Below are positions 28,389 to 37,333 of a stretch of DNA of 64,000 bases, piece after piece; the first letter of the stretch is position 1, and the number at the start of each line of letters is the position of its first letter. Source of the DNA: Elusimicrobiota bacterium (lineage in GTDB: Bacteria > Elusimicrobiota > Elusimicrobia > UBA1565 > UBA9628). The position numbers and the translations under genes were made by a program. Below the pieces are notes generated by a model, which was not told the origin of the DNA, did not search any database, and was given only the letters and a program-made list of their open reading frames with translations. The stretch covers positions 42,317 through 106,316 of the forward strand of contig JAUYSH010000120.1 in the NCBI GenBank assembly GCA_030696455.1, written 5' to 3'.

Positions 28389-29860
28389 TCGATCTCGGCT
28401 CCGTAGAAATAGGGCATCCCGGAAACGTATGGAGCGAACTTGACTCCGCGCCTCAGCCCGTAGGTACGAATGCGCTGATAGGTGGGCAGGGCGAGGAATT
28501 CCGAGTGGATATAAGCGTCGAGCTCCTCGGACGCCTCCCGCTGCTCGCCGGCGTCGAGCGTCTTGACCATCCTTTCCAGCCGCTCGTCGATCCCCTTGTC
28601 GGACGACAGCGAGAAAGGAGAGTTGCCCGCCAGGAAGATCGAGCGGATGAAAAAGGCGTGATGCATCGGGTCCGGGCAGTCGTAGATGGCGATATCCCAC
28701 TGATCCCGAGTCTTGAGATTCTCGAAGAGCTGCGCGTCGGTGACCAAGGTCGGCTCGAGACGGATGTCGATCCGCTCGAGCTGTTTGGCCAGGATCTGCC
28801 CCGTGCGGACGGCGTTGACCTTCAGCAGAACCTTCAACGCGAACCCCTTCGGATACCCCTCTTCCCGAAGGATCCGTCGCGCCTTCGCGGGGTCGTATGG
28901 GTAAGGCGCCAACTTCGCATTGTGGCCGAATTCCCCGGGCAAGGTGAGCGTCCCGATCGGCACGCCGTTGCCGAGGATGTCGTAGCGCACCAGGGCCTTG
29001 CGGTCGATGCCCAGGTTCAACGCCTCCCGTATTCTCCGATTGGACAGAGGCTTGCGGGAGAGGTTGAAGTTTCCCGCCACCGTGTAGAACGTCGGCTTCT
29101 TGACCACCGCCGTCCGGGAGGAGGCCTGCACCTCCAGCGTGCGCGTTCCGGGAAGGTTCGTCAGGATGTCGAGTTCGCCGGAGAGCAGCGCCTCGACCTG
29201 ACGGGCGGCCGCGATGAACCGGAATTCCAGCCGGTCGACCTTCGGATAGCCGCTTTTCCAATAGTCGGGGTTGGCGTCCAGGACGATGCGGTCGCCCTTC
29301 ACCCACTCCTTGAACACGAACGCCCCGCTGCCGACGGGCTTCTCCCGCAGCGACGCCGCGTCGTGTTTCCCGTAATGCTTCGGCGCGACCATGACCATGA
29401 AGCCCGCGAGGCGGTTGAGCAGCAGGCCGTCGGGGAACCTGGTGACGACGTCGACCTCGAAATCCGAGACGATCTCGGCCCTCGCGATGGAGTCGATGAA
29501 CCCGAGGGCCGGGAAGCCCGTGGCGGGGTCGAGGTAGCGCTCGACGTTGAACTTCACGCTTCTCGCGTCGAAGGGCTCGCCGTTGTGGAACTTCACTCCC
29601 TCGCGCAAAGTGAACCGCATCGTGTTCGCGTCGAGTCGGCGCCACCGCGTCGCGAGCGCCGGTTCGATCTCCCCCTCCGGAGTGAAGCGCACAAGGCCCT
29701 CGAACAGTTGCTGGACGAGCGTATGATTCTTCTCGGAGAACTGCTTGTGGGGATCCAAGGTGAGCGGGTCCTGCACGTCGTCGCACACGGTCAGGACGGA
29801 GGCGGCGGGCGCGGCGAAGGCCGGCGGGAGCAGGAGCAGCAGCGCCAGCAAGGTCGGCAA
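28385..29860 (-). CDS. ABC-type family-5 (peptide/nickel/opine) substrate-binding protein, orphan
   Basis: 491 aa with a signal peptide. TTG start with an AAGGA Shine-Dalgarno sequence. Typical family-5 length and sequence character. No permease or ATPase genes are nearby. Confidence 0.8.
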   Translation of the reverse strand: MPTLLALLLLLPPAFAAPAASVLTVCDDVQDPLTLDPHKQFSEKNHTLVQQLFEGLVRFTPEGEIEPALATRWRRLDANTMRFTLREGVKFHNGEPFDARSVKFNVERYLDPATGFPALGFIDSIARAEIVSDFEVDVVTRFPDGLLLNRLAGFMVMVAPKHYGKHDAASLREKPVGSGAFVFKEWVKGDRIVLDANPDYWKSGYPKVDRLEFRFIAAARQVEALLSGELDILTNLPGTRTLEVQASSRTAVVKKPTFYTVAGNFNLSRKPLSNRRIREALNLGIDRKALVRYDILGNGVPIGTLTLPGEFGHNAKLAPYPYDPAKARRILREEGYPKGFALKVLLKVNAVRTGQILAKQLERIDIRLEPTLVTDAQLFENLKTRDQWDIAIYDCPDPMHHAFFIRSIFLAGNSPFSLSSDKGIDERLERMVKTLDAGEQREASEELDAYIHSEFLALPTYQRIRTYGLRRGVKFAPYVSGMPYFYGAEIE

Positions 29861-29861
29861 A

Positions 29862-30881
29862 TTATTTTTCCTTTACGCCGATGAGGATGCGCGACGAGTT
29901 CCGGGATTCTACCGCAATCGGATGCTCCGTGAGGCGGGAGAAGCCCGCGCGGCGCAGCCACCCCGCGTATTCCCCGGCCGTGTAGGTGCGGCCGCCTTCG
30001 GTGTAGGCCAGCATGTGCACGGAGAACAGCGCCCCGAACACGGGCCGCACCCGGTCCGGCTCGAGCATGAAGTCGTGGATGATGATTTTCCCCCCGGGCT
30101 TGAGCGCCCTCCGGCTTTCCTCGATGAGGCGGCGGTTGACCTCGGGGCTCTCGTCGTGGGTGATGTGGGAGAGCAGGACGAGGTCGTACTCGCCGCGCCC
30201 GAAGCAGGCGTCGCGGTAATTCCCCGCCTTGAGCCGCGTCCGGGCGGCCAGGCCCGGGAACTCGGCGAGCATCCGGCGCGTGACCTTCAGCGTGCTCGGC
30301 AGATCGAGCAAGGTCGCGCTCATCTCCGGGTTGGCGCGCAGGAAGGCGAGGCTGTACGTGCCGGGTCCGGCGCCGACGTCGAGCAGGCGGCTTCCGGGCG
30401 CGGGGGCCGCGAGCGCCGCGATCTCCGCGGCGGGACCGCGCGCGATGTTGTCCATGCCCTTGATGTATTCCTGCGTGAACCCCTTGTGGCGCAGGAGCCA
30501 ATACTCGAGAGGCCGGACCGCGCCCCCCTTGCCGATGGAATGGCGCAGGTCGCCCCAGGCGTCCCAGATCATCTCCTGGTACTTGAGGTTGTCGCCCATG
30601 TAGCCGGGCTTGCCGCGGACCAGGTAGCGCGCGGAGATCGGGGCGTTGGCGTAGAGCCTTCCGCGCTTGTGAAGGTAGCCGATGGCGGTCAGCGCGTCGA
30701 GCAGGATCTCCATCGCGCGCGGGTCGAGCTTCAGGCGCCGCGCCATGGCCGCGGCGGTGCGGGGAGTCGTCAGCGGGGTGAAGACGTCGATGTAGGCGGC
30801 GACCATGAGGATCTTGGCCTTGCGATAGCCCATGATCTCGTCGATGAGACGGTCGGGGCTCACGGGGGCAGAAGTCTTCAT
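29862..30881 (-). CDS. Class I SAM-dependent O-methyltransferase (family 2, with N-terminal dimerisation domain)
   Basis: The LLDVGAGPG motif and N-terminal winged-helix dimerisation region. Its start overlaps the ThDP-enzyme stop. Confidence 0.85.
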   Translation of the reverse strand: MKTSAPVSPDRLIDEIMGYRKAKILMVAAYIDVFTPLTTPRTAAAMARRLKLDPRAMEILLDALTAIGYLHKRGRLYANAPISARYLVRGKPGYMGDNLKYQEMIWDAWGDLRHSIGKGGAVRPLEYWLLRHKGFTQEYIKGMDNIARGPAAEIAALAAPAPGSRLLDVGAGPGTYSLAFLRANPEMSATLLDLPSTLKVTRRMLAEFPGLAARTRLKAGNYRDACFGRGEYDLVLLSHITHDESPEVNRRLIEESRRALKPGGKIIIHDFMLEPDRVRPVFGALFSVHMLAYTEGGRTYTAGEYAGWLRRAGFSRLTEHPIAVESRNSSRILIGVKEK

Positions 30882-32611
30882 TTATTGTCTCCCGCGAACA
30901 GCTTATCGAGCGCGCGCACGCGCGAGTGGATCGGCGGCGCCTCGGCGGCATCGACTCGCACGTCGAGCACCGCCGGCCGCCCCGAGGCCAGGGCCGCGGC
31001 GACGGCGGCCGCGAGGTCCCCCGGGTGCAGCACGCGCCGCGTCCAGGCGCCGAGGGCCGAGGCCACGCCCGCGACGTCCATGCGGCGGAACTCCGTCCCG
31101 ATCGTACGCCCCGCGTACTGCATGGCTTGGCCGTGGTAAACCGCGTTGAGGCGCGCGTCGTTGAGCACGATCCAGACGACGGGGACGTTCTCCGTGACCG
31201 CGGTGGAGACCTCCATCCCCGCCATCGCGAAGCCGCCGTCGCCGACGATCGCGATCACCGGGCGCTCCGGCGCGGCGAGCTTGCCTCCCACCGCCGCGGC
31301 CACGCCGTAGCCCATCGCCGCGAACTCGCCCCAGTTGTGGATGAAGGCGTTGCGGCCCGTGGCGGTCAGGTAGTGCGTGGCCCAGAGCGTGTTGGCGCCG
31401 ACGTCGAGGAAGATAAGCGCGTCGCCGGGGAGCGCCGCGTCGAGCTCGGCGATCAGGCGCTGCGGCTTGATCGGCACGGCGTCCGACGCCATCGCGGCGG
31501 GGTCCAGGAAAGACGGCACGCCCGCCTTGAAGCGGGCGAAGGCCCCGCGCGCGCCCGCCGCGGGAGACTCGCCGCGGGCGAGGCGACGGCGCAGCTCGAA
31601 GAGCAGCTCGCGCAAGGTCGTTTTCGCGTCGCCCGCCATGGCGACCGCGACCGGATAGTTCCGGCCGATGACCGCCGGCTCGATGTCCTGCTGCAGCACG
31701 AGCCCGGCGCCGAGCCGCGGGTCCCAGCCGGAGGTGGAGTTCTCGTGCAGGCTGCTGCCGAGGACGAGCAGCGCGTCCGTTCCCTCGTCGAGCAGGTAGC
31801 GTTCGGAGCACGGAGAGCTGGCCAGACCGAACACGCGCAGGGACAGCGGATGCGTCTCCGGGAAGGCGCCCTTGCCTTTCGGGGTGGTCGCCACGGGAAT
31901 CCAGAGAAGCTCCGCCAGCTCGAGGAGCTCCGCCTGCGCCCCGGCAAGATTGACGCCGTGCCCGGCGAGCGCGGCCGGGCGGCGGGCGTCGAGCAGGACG
32001 GCGGCGCAGCGGCGGACCGCGTCCCGGTCGAAGAGCCGCGGCTCCGAGCGGTACATCCCCGGCGCCGCGCTTTCGCCGACGGCCGGGCGACGCATGAAGT
32101 CGGTCGGAACGCTGAGATGCACCGGGCCGCGTCGGCCCGTCAACGCGATTCTCAAGGCCTGGCGCAGGACGCTTCCGGCGGCGGCCGGATTGGCGAGCAT
32201 CGCGCTCATCTTGGTCACGGGGCGAAACAGCGCGACGGTGTCGACGCCGCTCTCGGTGGAATCCTGCAGCGAGCCCTTCCCGAAGGACGAAGTGGCCGTC
32301 TGGGCCGTGAGCACCAGGACCGGCAGCCCGTCGGCCCGCGCCGCGGCGACCGCCGTGATCGCGTTGGCGGCGCCGGGCCCCGTGGTCAGCAGGCAGACGC
32401 CGAGGCCGCCGCGCACGCGGGCGTCGCCCAGGGCCATGAAGGCGGCGCCGGCCTCGTGCCGCGGGGCGACCAGGCGCAGGGCAGGCTCATCGTGAAAGGC
32501 GTCGAACAGCGGGGTCGCCGGCCCCCCGGGAATGCCGTAGACGGTCCGCACGCCTTCGCGCTTCAACTGGTCGAGAATGAGCCTCGAGACGGTGATGACT
32601 TCGCTGGGCAT
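30878..32611 (-). CDS. Thiamine-diphosphate-dependent enzyme (acetolactate synthase / benzoylformate decarboxylase superfamily)
   Basis: N-terminal GVRTVYGIPGGPATPLFDAF, the ThDP motif GDGGF...N-x, 577 aa. Confidence 0.85.
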   Translation of the reverse strand: MPSEVITVSRLILDQLKREGVRTVYGIPGGPATPLFDAFHDEPALRLVAPRHEAGAAFMALGDARVRGGLGVCLLTTGPGAANAITAVAAARADGLPVLVLTAQTATSSFGKGSLQDSTESGVDTVALFRPVTKMSAMLANPAAAGSVLRQALRIALTGRRGPVHLSVPTDFMRRPAVGESAAPGMYRSEPRLFDRDAVRRCAAVLLDARRPAALAGHGVNLAGAQAELLELAELLWIPVATTPKGKGAFPETHPLSLRVFGLASSPCSERYLLDEGTDALLVLGSSLHENSTSGWDPRLGAGLVLQQDIEPAVIGRNYPVAVAMAGDAKTTLRELLFELRRRLARGESPAAGARGAFARFKAGVPSFLDPAAMASDAVPIKPQRLIAELDAALPGDALIFLDVGANTLWATHYLTATGRNAFIHNWGEFAAMGYGVAAAVGGKLAAPERPVIAIVGDGGFAMAGMEVSTAVTENVPVVWIVLNDARLNAVYHGQAMQYAGRTIGTEFRRMDVAGVASALGAWTRRVLHPGDLAAAVAAALASGRPAVLDVRVDAAEAPPIHSRVRALDKLFAGDNK

Positions 32612-32628
32612 GGGCTTGAGCCCGCGGG

Positions 32629-33228
32629 TCAGCGCGCCGCCCGTACGGCTTCGCCCGACGCGGGCTCGCCCGTCAGCAATTGGGCGGCCCGGGCCATCAG
32701 GTCCTTATAGATCAGGGGTTTACGGAAGAACCCGTCGACCTTGAGCTCCGCGAGCTTCTTGGCCGAGAACGGAAGCTTTTGGCCGCTGACGGCGATGATT
32801 TTGAGGCCCTTCGTATGCGGCTGGCTCTTGAGGACCCGGCACACCTGCAGGCCGTCGAGCTTGGGGATGACGATGTCGAGGATGACGAGGTCCGGAGGCG
32901 CCTGCCCGATGCGGATCAGGGCGGTGAGGCCGTCGCCGCAGGTCTCCACGTCGTAGGCGCCGCGGCGGGAGAAGGCCCGCGAGAGAAGCTTGGCCTGCTC
33001 GGCGTCGTCCTCGACGATGAGCACGCGCTTGCGCGCGACGAGCTCGTTGGGCAGGCGGATGCTCAGGCGCTGGAGAAAGTCGATGACGTTCTCCCGCGTC
33101 ACGCGGTAGTGGCCGCCCTCGGTCCGCTGGGTGATCAGCTTGCCGGCCTTGATCCAATGCAGGACGCTCGAGGGGTACACGTCGCAGAATTCGGCGATGT
33201 CGTGGGTCGTGTAGGTTTTTTCGGGCAT
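32629..33228 (-). CDS. Response regulator with an N-terminal excisionase/MerR-type HTH and C-terminal receiver
   Basis: HTH THDIAEFCDVYPSSVLHWIKAGKL, then the receiver RVLIVEDDAEQ...LVILDIVIPKLDG. It ends 17 nt before the ThDP-enzyme start. Confidence 0.8.
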   Translation of the reverse strand: MPEKTYTTHDIAEFCDVYPSSVLHWIKAGKLITQRTEGGHYRVTRENVIDFLQRLSIRLPNELVARKRVLIVEDDAEQAKLLSRAFSRRGAYDVETCGDGLTALIRIGQAPPDLVILDIVIPKLDGLQVCRVLKSQPHTKGLKIIAVSGQKLPFSAKKLAELKVDGFFRKPLIYKDLMARAAQLLTGEPASGEAVRAAR

Positions 33229-33297
33229 GGGCTCTCTATGCTTCGTTTACTTCGTTTACTGAGTATACACCGATTCCCCCCTTGCGGTCAAGGCTGA

Positions 33298-34026
33298 TTG
33301 CGTCTACACTCAGGCATGGACCCATCGAAGCGGAAGCGGACCTTGGTCGTCGAGGATGATCCCGCGATGCGCGCGCTGTACGCCCGCCTGTTCGACCGCC
33401 TCTGGGACGAGGGCTTCGCCTCCGTCATCGTGGAGAACGGGGAACGGGCGCTCGACATCCTGCGGCGCGAGCCGGTGGACCTCATCCTGCTCGACTGGAA
33501 TCTGCCGGGAATCTCCGGGCAGACGGTCCTGCGCGCCGTGCGCGCCCATCCGAAGACCCTCACGATCGGCGTGCTCATGGTCACGGGCAAGTGCTCGCCC
33601 GACGAGGAGATCGAGGCGCTCGACTCGGGCGCCGACGATCACCTGGCCAAGCCGTTCGACGAGAACGTGCTTCTCGCCAGGCTGAGGAGCCTGGGCCGGC
33701 GCCGCGAGCTCGAGACCGCCGCCCCGCCCGCCGACCGTTTCCCGGGACTCGAGTTCGACCCCGGCGCGGACCTGCTTCTCATCGACGGCCGGCGCGTGCG
33801 CCTGACGCCCAAGGAGCTGGGCCTGCTCGGCATTTTCCTGCATCGGCCGAACCGCCTCCTCACGCACGATTACCTTTGGGCCACTTTATGGGGCTACGAG
33901 TCCGAGCGCTGGGAGAACCTCCTCATCGTCACGCTGTCGTCCCTGCGCCGAAAGCTCGGGGAAAAATGGGGCTCGCGCCTGATGTGCCGCAAAGGCCGGG
34001 GGTACATTCTCGAGAGCCCGCCTTGA
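33298..34026 (+). CDS. OmpR-family response regulator (receiver plus winged-helix)
   Basis: TLVVEDDPAMR...LILLDWNLPGISG receiver and a trans_reg_C-like C-terminus (LTPKELGLLGIFLHRPNRLLTHDYL). The start could instead be the ATG at 33316. Confidence 0.85.
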   Translation: MRLHSGMDPSKRKRTLVVEDDPAMRALYARLFDRLWDEGFASVIVENGERALDILRREPVDLILLDWNLPGISGQTVLRAVRAHPKTLTIGVLMVTGKCSPDEEIEALDSGADDHLAKPFDENVLLARLRSLGRRRELETAAPPADRFPGLEFDPGADLLLIDGRRVRLTPKELGLLGIFLHRPNRLLTHDYLWATLWGYESERWENLLIVTLSSLRRKLGEKWGSRLMCRKGRGYILESPP

Positions 34027-34033
34027 TGTTGCT

Positions 34034-34558
34034 TTGACTTCCATCTTCTATCTTATGCCGGCGAGAATATCGGCCCTCGTCTTCGCGCTCGTCTGCGCCT
34101 CCACCATCGTCCGCGCGGCGGACGAGCCGGACGAAAACGCCCGCAAGTTTCAGGAGGGCGTGAGCCGCTACGCCGAAGGCGACGCGGAGGCCGCGCTGGC
34201 CTTGTTTCGGGAAGTCGCGCGCCGGGACCCGCACGATCGCGCCGCGCGCGCCGCGATCCGGCGTCTCGAGATCGAGGGCACTCCTCGGGCGGCGAAGCCG
34301 GCGGCGCCCGGGCCGCGCCCCGGGGCTTTCGAGCGGTTTTTCCTCGGGACGCTTCCGCGTTGGTATTACTTCGAACGCACCGTGGGCGACGGCCTCCGCG
34401 ACGTCGGGACGCTGAGCGCCCTCAACGCCCAAGTCGCTCAATTATTGGGCGAACGAAAGTTCGCCCTCGCCGCGGGCCGCCCTTTCCGCAAGGACGTCCG
34501 CCTGCGCGAGCTGCTTCGCAGGGCGCCGCTCGCGGCGAGGAGCGGGGACGAAGTCTAG
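34034..34558 (+). CDS. Secreted hypothetical protein
   Basis: Signal peptide, 174 aa, follows the regulator by 8 nt. Confidence 0.4.
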   Translation: MTSIFYLMPARISALVFALVCASTIVRAADEPDENARKFQEGVSRYAEGDAEAALALFREVARRDPHDRAARAAIRRLEIEGTPRAAKPAAPGPRPGAFERFFLGTLPRWYYFERTVGDGLRDVGTLSALNAQVAQLLGERKFALAAGRPFRKDVRLRELLRRAPLAARSGDEV

Positions 34559-34622
34559 CGCCCTCGCCGGCCTGCTGGCCCTGGGAGCCGGCTCCGCCCG
34601 GGGCGGCGAGGCGCTCGTCGTC

Positions 34623-35321
34623 GTGAGCGAGCCTCTCGCCCCGGCCTACCGAGAGGCGCTCGAAGGCGCGCGGGAGGAATGGGGGCGCCCGCTCGACGTC
34701 GCGGCCGCCGACGGGCTTTTTCCTCAGGGCCCGCCCGGCGTGATCATCGCGCTCGGCGGGAGCGCCGCTGCGTCGGCGCGACGGCACGGCGCCCCGCTGG
34801 TCGTGGCACTCGCCCCGTCCGACCGCGGCGCGACGGTCTTCATCGCGATGACCCCTTCGCCCGAACGTCTCGTGAGCCTCCTCGCCGCGCGAGGCGTGCG
34901 CCGCCTCCTCGCCGTGCGCGCGGCTCCGGCCGAGTCGGAGTTCTCCCGGCGGACGGTCGCCGCCGGACGAGCGGCCGGGGTCCGCATCGAGGCCGCCGTG
35001 CTTTCTTCGCCGCGCAGCATGCCTGGGCTGTTGCGCCGCGCCGGGATGAAGGCGGACGCGCTATGGCTCGCGCCCGATCCGGACTCGGTCACGCCCGGAA
35101 CCTTCGCCGCGGCGAGGGAGTTCTCGCGCGCCCGGGGAATTCCGTTCTTCGCGCCCGCCGCGGGGCTCGTTTCGGAAGAGAGCCTCGGCGACCTGGCCGT
35201 TTCCTTCCGCGACTGCGGACGGGAGGCCGCGCGCGCGGCCCGGGAGCTTCTCGCCGGGCGCCCCGTGGCGAAAGTCGTCTATCCCGGCGAGACCCCGGCG
35301 GCCGCCGATCCCCCCCGCTGA
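34623..35321 (+). CDS. Periplasmic-binding-like protein (ABC_sub_bind / PF04392-like)
   Basis: Sequence character of the two-component-associated ABC substrate-binding family. First canonical start is the GTG at 34623. A signal-peptide-like in-frame stretch upstream has no start codon. Confidence 0.45.
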   Translation: MSEPLAPAYREALEGAREEWGRPLDVAAADGLFPQGPPGVIIALGGSAAASARRHGAPLVVALAPSDRGATVFIAMTPSPERLVSLLAARGVRRLLAVRAAPAESEFSRRTVAAGRAAGVRIEAAVLSSPRSMPGLLRRAGMKADALWLAPDPDSVTPGTFAAAREFSRARGIPFFAPAAGLVSEESLGDLAVSFRDCGREAARAARELLAGRPVAKVVYPGETPAAADPPR

Positions 35322-36445
35322 CTCGCAAGCAGGGCGGCGATCTCGGAGACGGCGTCGTCGGCCGCGCCGGGGCGTCCCGCCGCCCGCGCGCGCTCGCTCA
35401 GCTCGGCGAGCGCCGCGCGGTCCAAGAGAAGGGCGGCCGCGGCCCGCGCGGCGCGCTCCGGGGAGCCGCCGTCGATCGCGGCGCCGGCTCCGAGGAGGAA
35501 GCGGGCGTTGGCCTCCTCCTGCCCCGGCAGCGGCTCCGTCAGGACCATGGGCAGGCCGGAGGCGAGGCTTTCGGCCGCGCTGAGCCCGCCGGGCTTGCCA
35601 ACGTGCAGGTCTGCGGCCGCCATCATGGCGGCGACGAGTTCCGAAGGCTGGGGGCCGAAGACGCGCAGGCGGGCGCCGGACTCGCGGTGAGCGCAGAGGG
35701 CCGCGCGAACGCGGTCGTTGGCGCCGCACAGGACGAGCAGGTGCGCGCGCGGGCTCGCGCTCAGGAGAGCGAGCGCCAGGCGGTCGAGGCCGCCAAGCCC
35801 CTTGCCGCCGCCCGACAGCAGGGCCGCCGGGGCCGACGGAGGCAGGGCCAAGAAGCGCCGCGCCTGCTCCCGGGGAAGGCGCTCCGCGAAGGCGGGGCTC
35901 ACGGGTATGCCGGTCGCGCGCAGGCGGCTTCGAGGGACGCCGTGCGCAGCCAAGGCGGCGACGGCGACTTCATCCGGCGCCAAGATGAGGTCGGCCGGCG
36001 GGTCGGCCCAGAACGGATGCGCGCCGTAGTCGGTGAGCACGGAGACGACCGGAATCTCGAGGTCTCCCCGCCGCCGGGCCTCGGCGAGCACGGCCGCCAC
36101 CGCGGCCTGAGGGCAGACGACGACCGCCGCGCCGGACCGGCGCACCCCCTTCCTCAGCCGCCGGGCGCCCCCGAGGCTCAGGTACGCGCCGCGCACGGCC
36201 TTCAGGACCGAACGGGCCCAGGGGCCGCGGTACAGCGCCCCGTACAGCCCCGGCGCCGCGCGAAGCAAGCCATGATAGCCTTGAGCGATGGCCGATCCGG
36301 CCGCCGGATGATGGTCCGCCGCTATGTTTATTGAAGAAAAGGCGAAGCCGGCCTTTCGGCCGGCCTCTTCGATGGCGAAGGCCGCCGCGGAGTGCCCGCT
36401 CGGCTGATAGCCGTAGACGAGCAGCGCCCGCGACGCCTCGTTCAA
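35279..36445 (-). CDS. GT28-family glycosyltransferase (MGDG synthase / MurG-like)
   Basis: 388 aa with an N-terminal Rossmann GT-B pattern (LLVYGYQPSGHSAAA) and a C-terminal domain like UDP-sugar transferases. Confidence 0.65.
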   Translation of the reverse strand: MNEASRALLVYGYQPSGHSAAAFAIEEAGRKAGFAFSSINIAADHHPAAGSAIAQGYHGLLRAAPGLYGALYRGPWARSVLKAVRGAYLSLGGARRLRKGVRRSGAAVVVCPQAAVAAVLAEARRRGDLEIPVVSVLTDYGAHPFWADPPADLILAPDEVAVAALAAHGVPRSRLRATGIPVSPAFAERLPREQARRFLALPPSAPAALLSGGGKGLGGLDRLALALLSASPRAHLLVLCGANDRVRAALCAHRESGARLRVFGPQPSELVAAMMAAADLHVGKPGGLSAAESLASGLPMVLTEPLPGQEEANARFLLGAGAAIDGGSPERAARAAAALLLDRAALAELSERARAAGRPGAADDAVSEIAALLASQRGGSAAAGVSPG

Positions 36446-36449
36446 TCGA

Positions 36450-37046
36450 TTAAAGGTCCTTCGCTTCCTTCAGCTCTTCGTATCGCTTCGGATTCTTCGT
36501 CTTGAGCTGGTCGATGAGGCCCTTGCGGTGCGCCGCCCAAGCCTTGGCGTTCTCTCCGGTCTTGCGCTTGATCGAGTCGTAGGCGAGGAACTCATAGATG
36601 GACTTGCCGTCGGCCTTCTGGATGCCGCAGCCGGGCTTGTTCATCATGCGCTTGACGTAGCGGCTCCAGATCTTCGTCTCGATCTGCCACACGGAGGCGT
36701 CGGTGAACAGCTCGGGCTGGGCCTTTTTGAGGGCGGCGAGCGCGGCCTCCTGCTTCTTATCGTCGATGCCGCCTTCGGGCTCGACGAAGCGGCTGTTGAG
36801 CGGCCGCGCTGCGGAATGGCACTGGGCGCAGCCGCCCTTCGTGCTGATCATCTTCTTGTACCCGGCCTGGACGTTGGCGGGGTAGGTCTTGAGCAGCGCG
36901 TCGGGGATCGTCTCCGGCCCGAAATCGTTCGGATACGGATTGGTGAGAGCCTTTTCCTTCTCCGTCATCTCGGCCGCGCGAACGGGCGACGCGAAGGCCG
37001 CGCCCAGCAGGGCGACGGCGGCAAGCAACGTCAATTTGCGGTTCAT
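36450..37046 (-). CDS. Monohaem c-type cytochrome, periplasmic
   Basis: Signal peptide and the CAQCH haem-binding motif. Confidence 0.8.
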   Translation of the reverse strand: MNRKLTLLAAVALLGAAFASPVRAAEMTEKEKALTNPYPNDFGPETIPDALLKTYPANVQAGYKKMISTKGGCAQCHSAARPLNSRFVEPEGGIDDKKQEAALAALKKAQPELFTDASVWQIETKIWSRYVKRMMNKPGCGIQKADGKSIYEFLAYDSIKRKTGENAKAWAAHRKGLIDQLKTKNPKRYEELKEAKDL

Positions 37047-37075
37047 ATTTATTCCCCCTAAGTGGTACGGCGTCG

Positions 37076-37333
37076 TTAAAACCCGCTGTCGTCCTTATCG
37101 GCGATGCTGATCAGCCAGGTCGCGAGGTCCTCGAGCTCCTTCTTGGAGATCTTACCTTTCCAACCGGGCATATAGACCATCGGCATGGGGCCTTTCGGGC
37201 TCCACTTCTGGACTTCGCCGGCCGGCACGCCCGCCTCGATCTTGTGGATGAGCTCGTCCTTCGTGTAGGTCCCCACGAGCTTGGGCAAGGTCGGCTCGGC
37301 GCCGAGGTTCATCTGGGCCAACTGCTCATCTTC
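37076..37333 (-). pseudogene. Met-ligand half of a class-I cytochrome c domain, cut off from the upstream multihaem cytochrome by an in-frame TAA
   Basis: Same frame as 37334-38461. The product reads ...PKGPMPMVYMPGWKGKISKKELEDLATWLISI and has no CxxCH of its own. The only start in the fragment is a TTG. Confidence 0.5.

Noticed and set aside
28005-29786. 593-aa minus-strand ORF
   Set aside because: Only its last 127 codons (the cupin, 28005-28388) are real. The rest is a wrong-frame overlap with the substrate-binding protein gene.
29745-32710. ORFs 29745-31139 (+), 29791-30951 (-), 30903-31811 (-), 30926-32710 (+), 31453-31947 (-)
   Set aside because: Alternative frames or antisense of the O-methyltransferase and ThDP-enzyme genes.
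34679-36334. 551-aa plus-strand ORF
   Set aside because: Antisense to the GT28 glycosyltransferase. Arg-rich.
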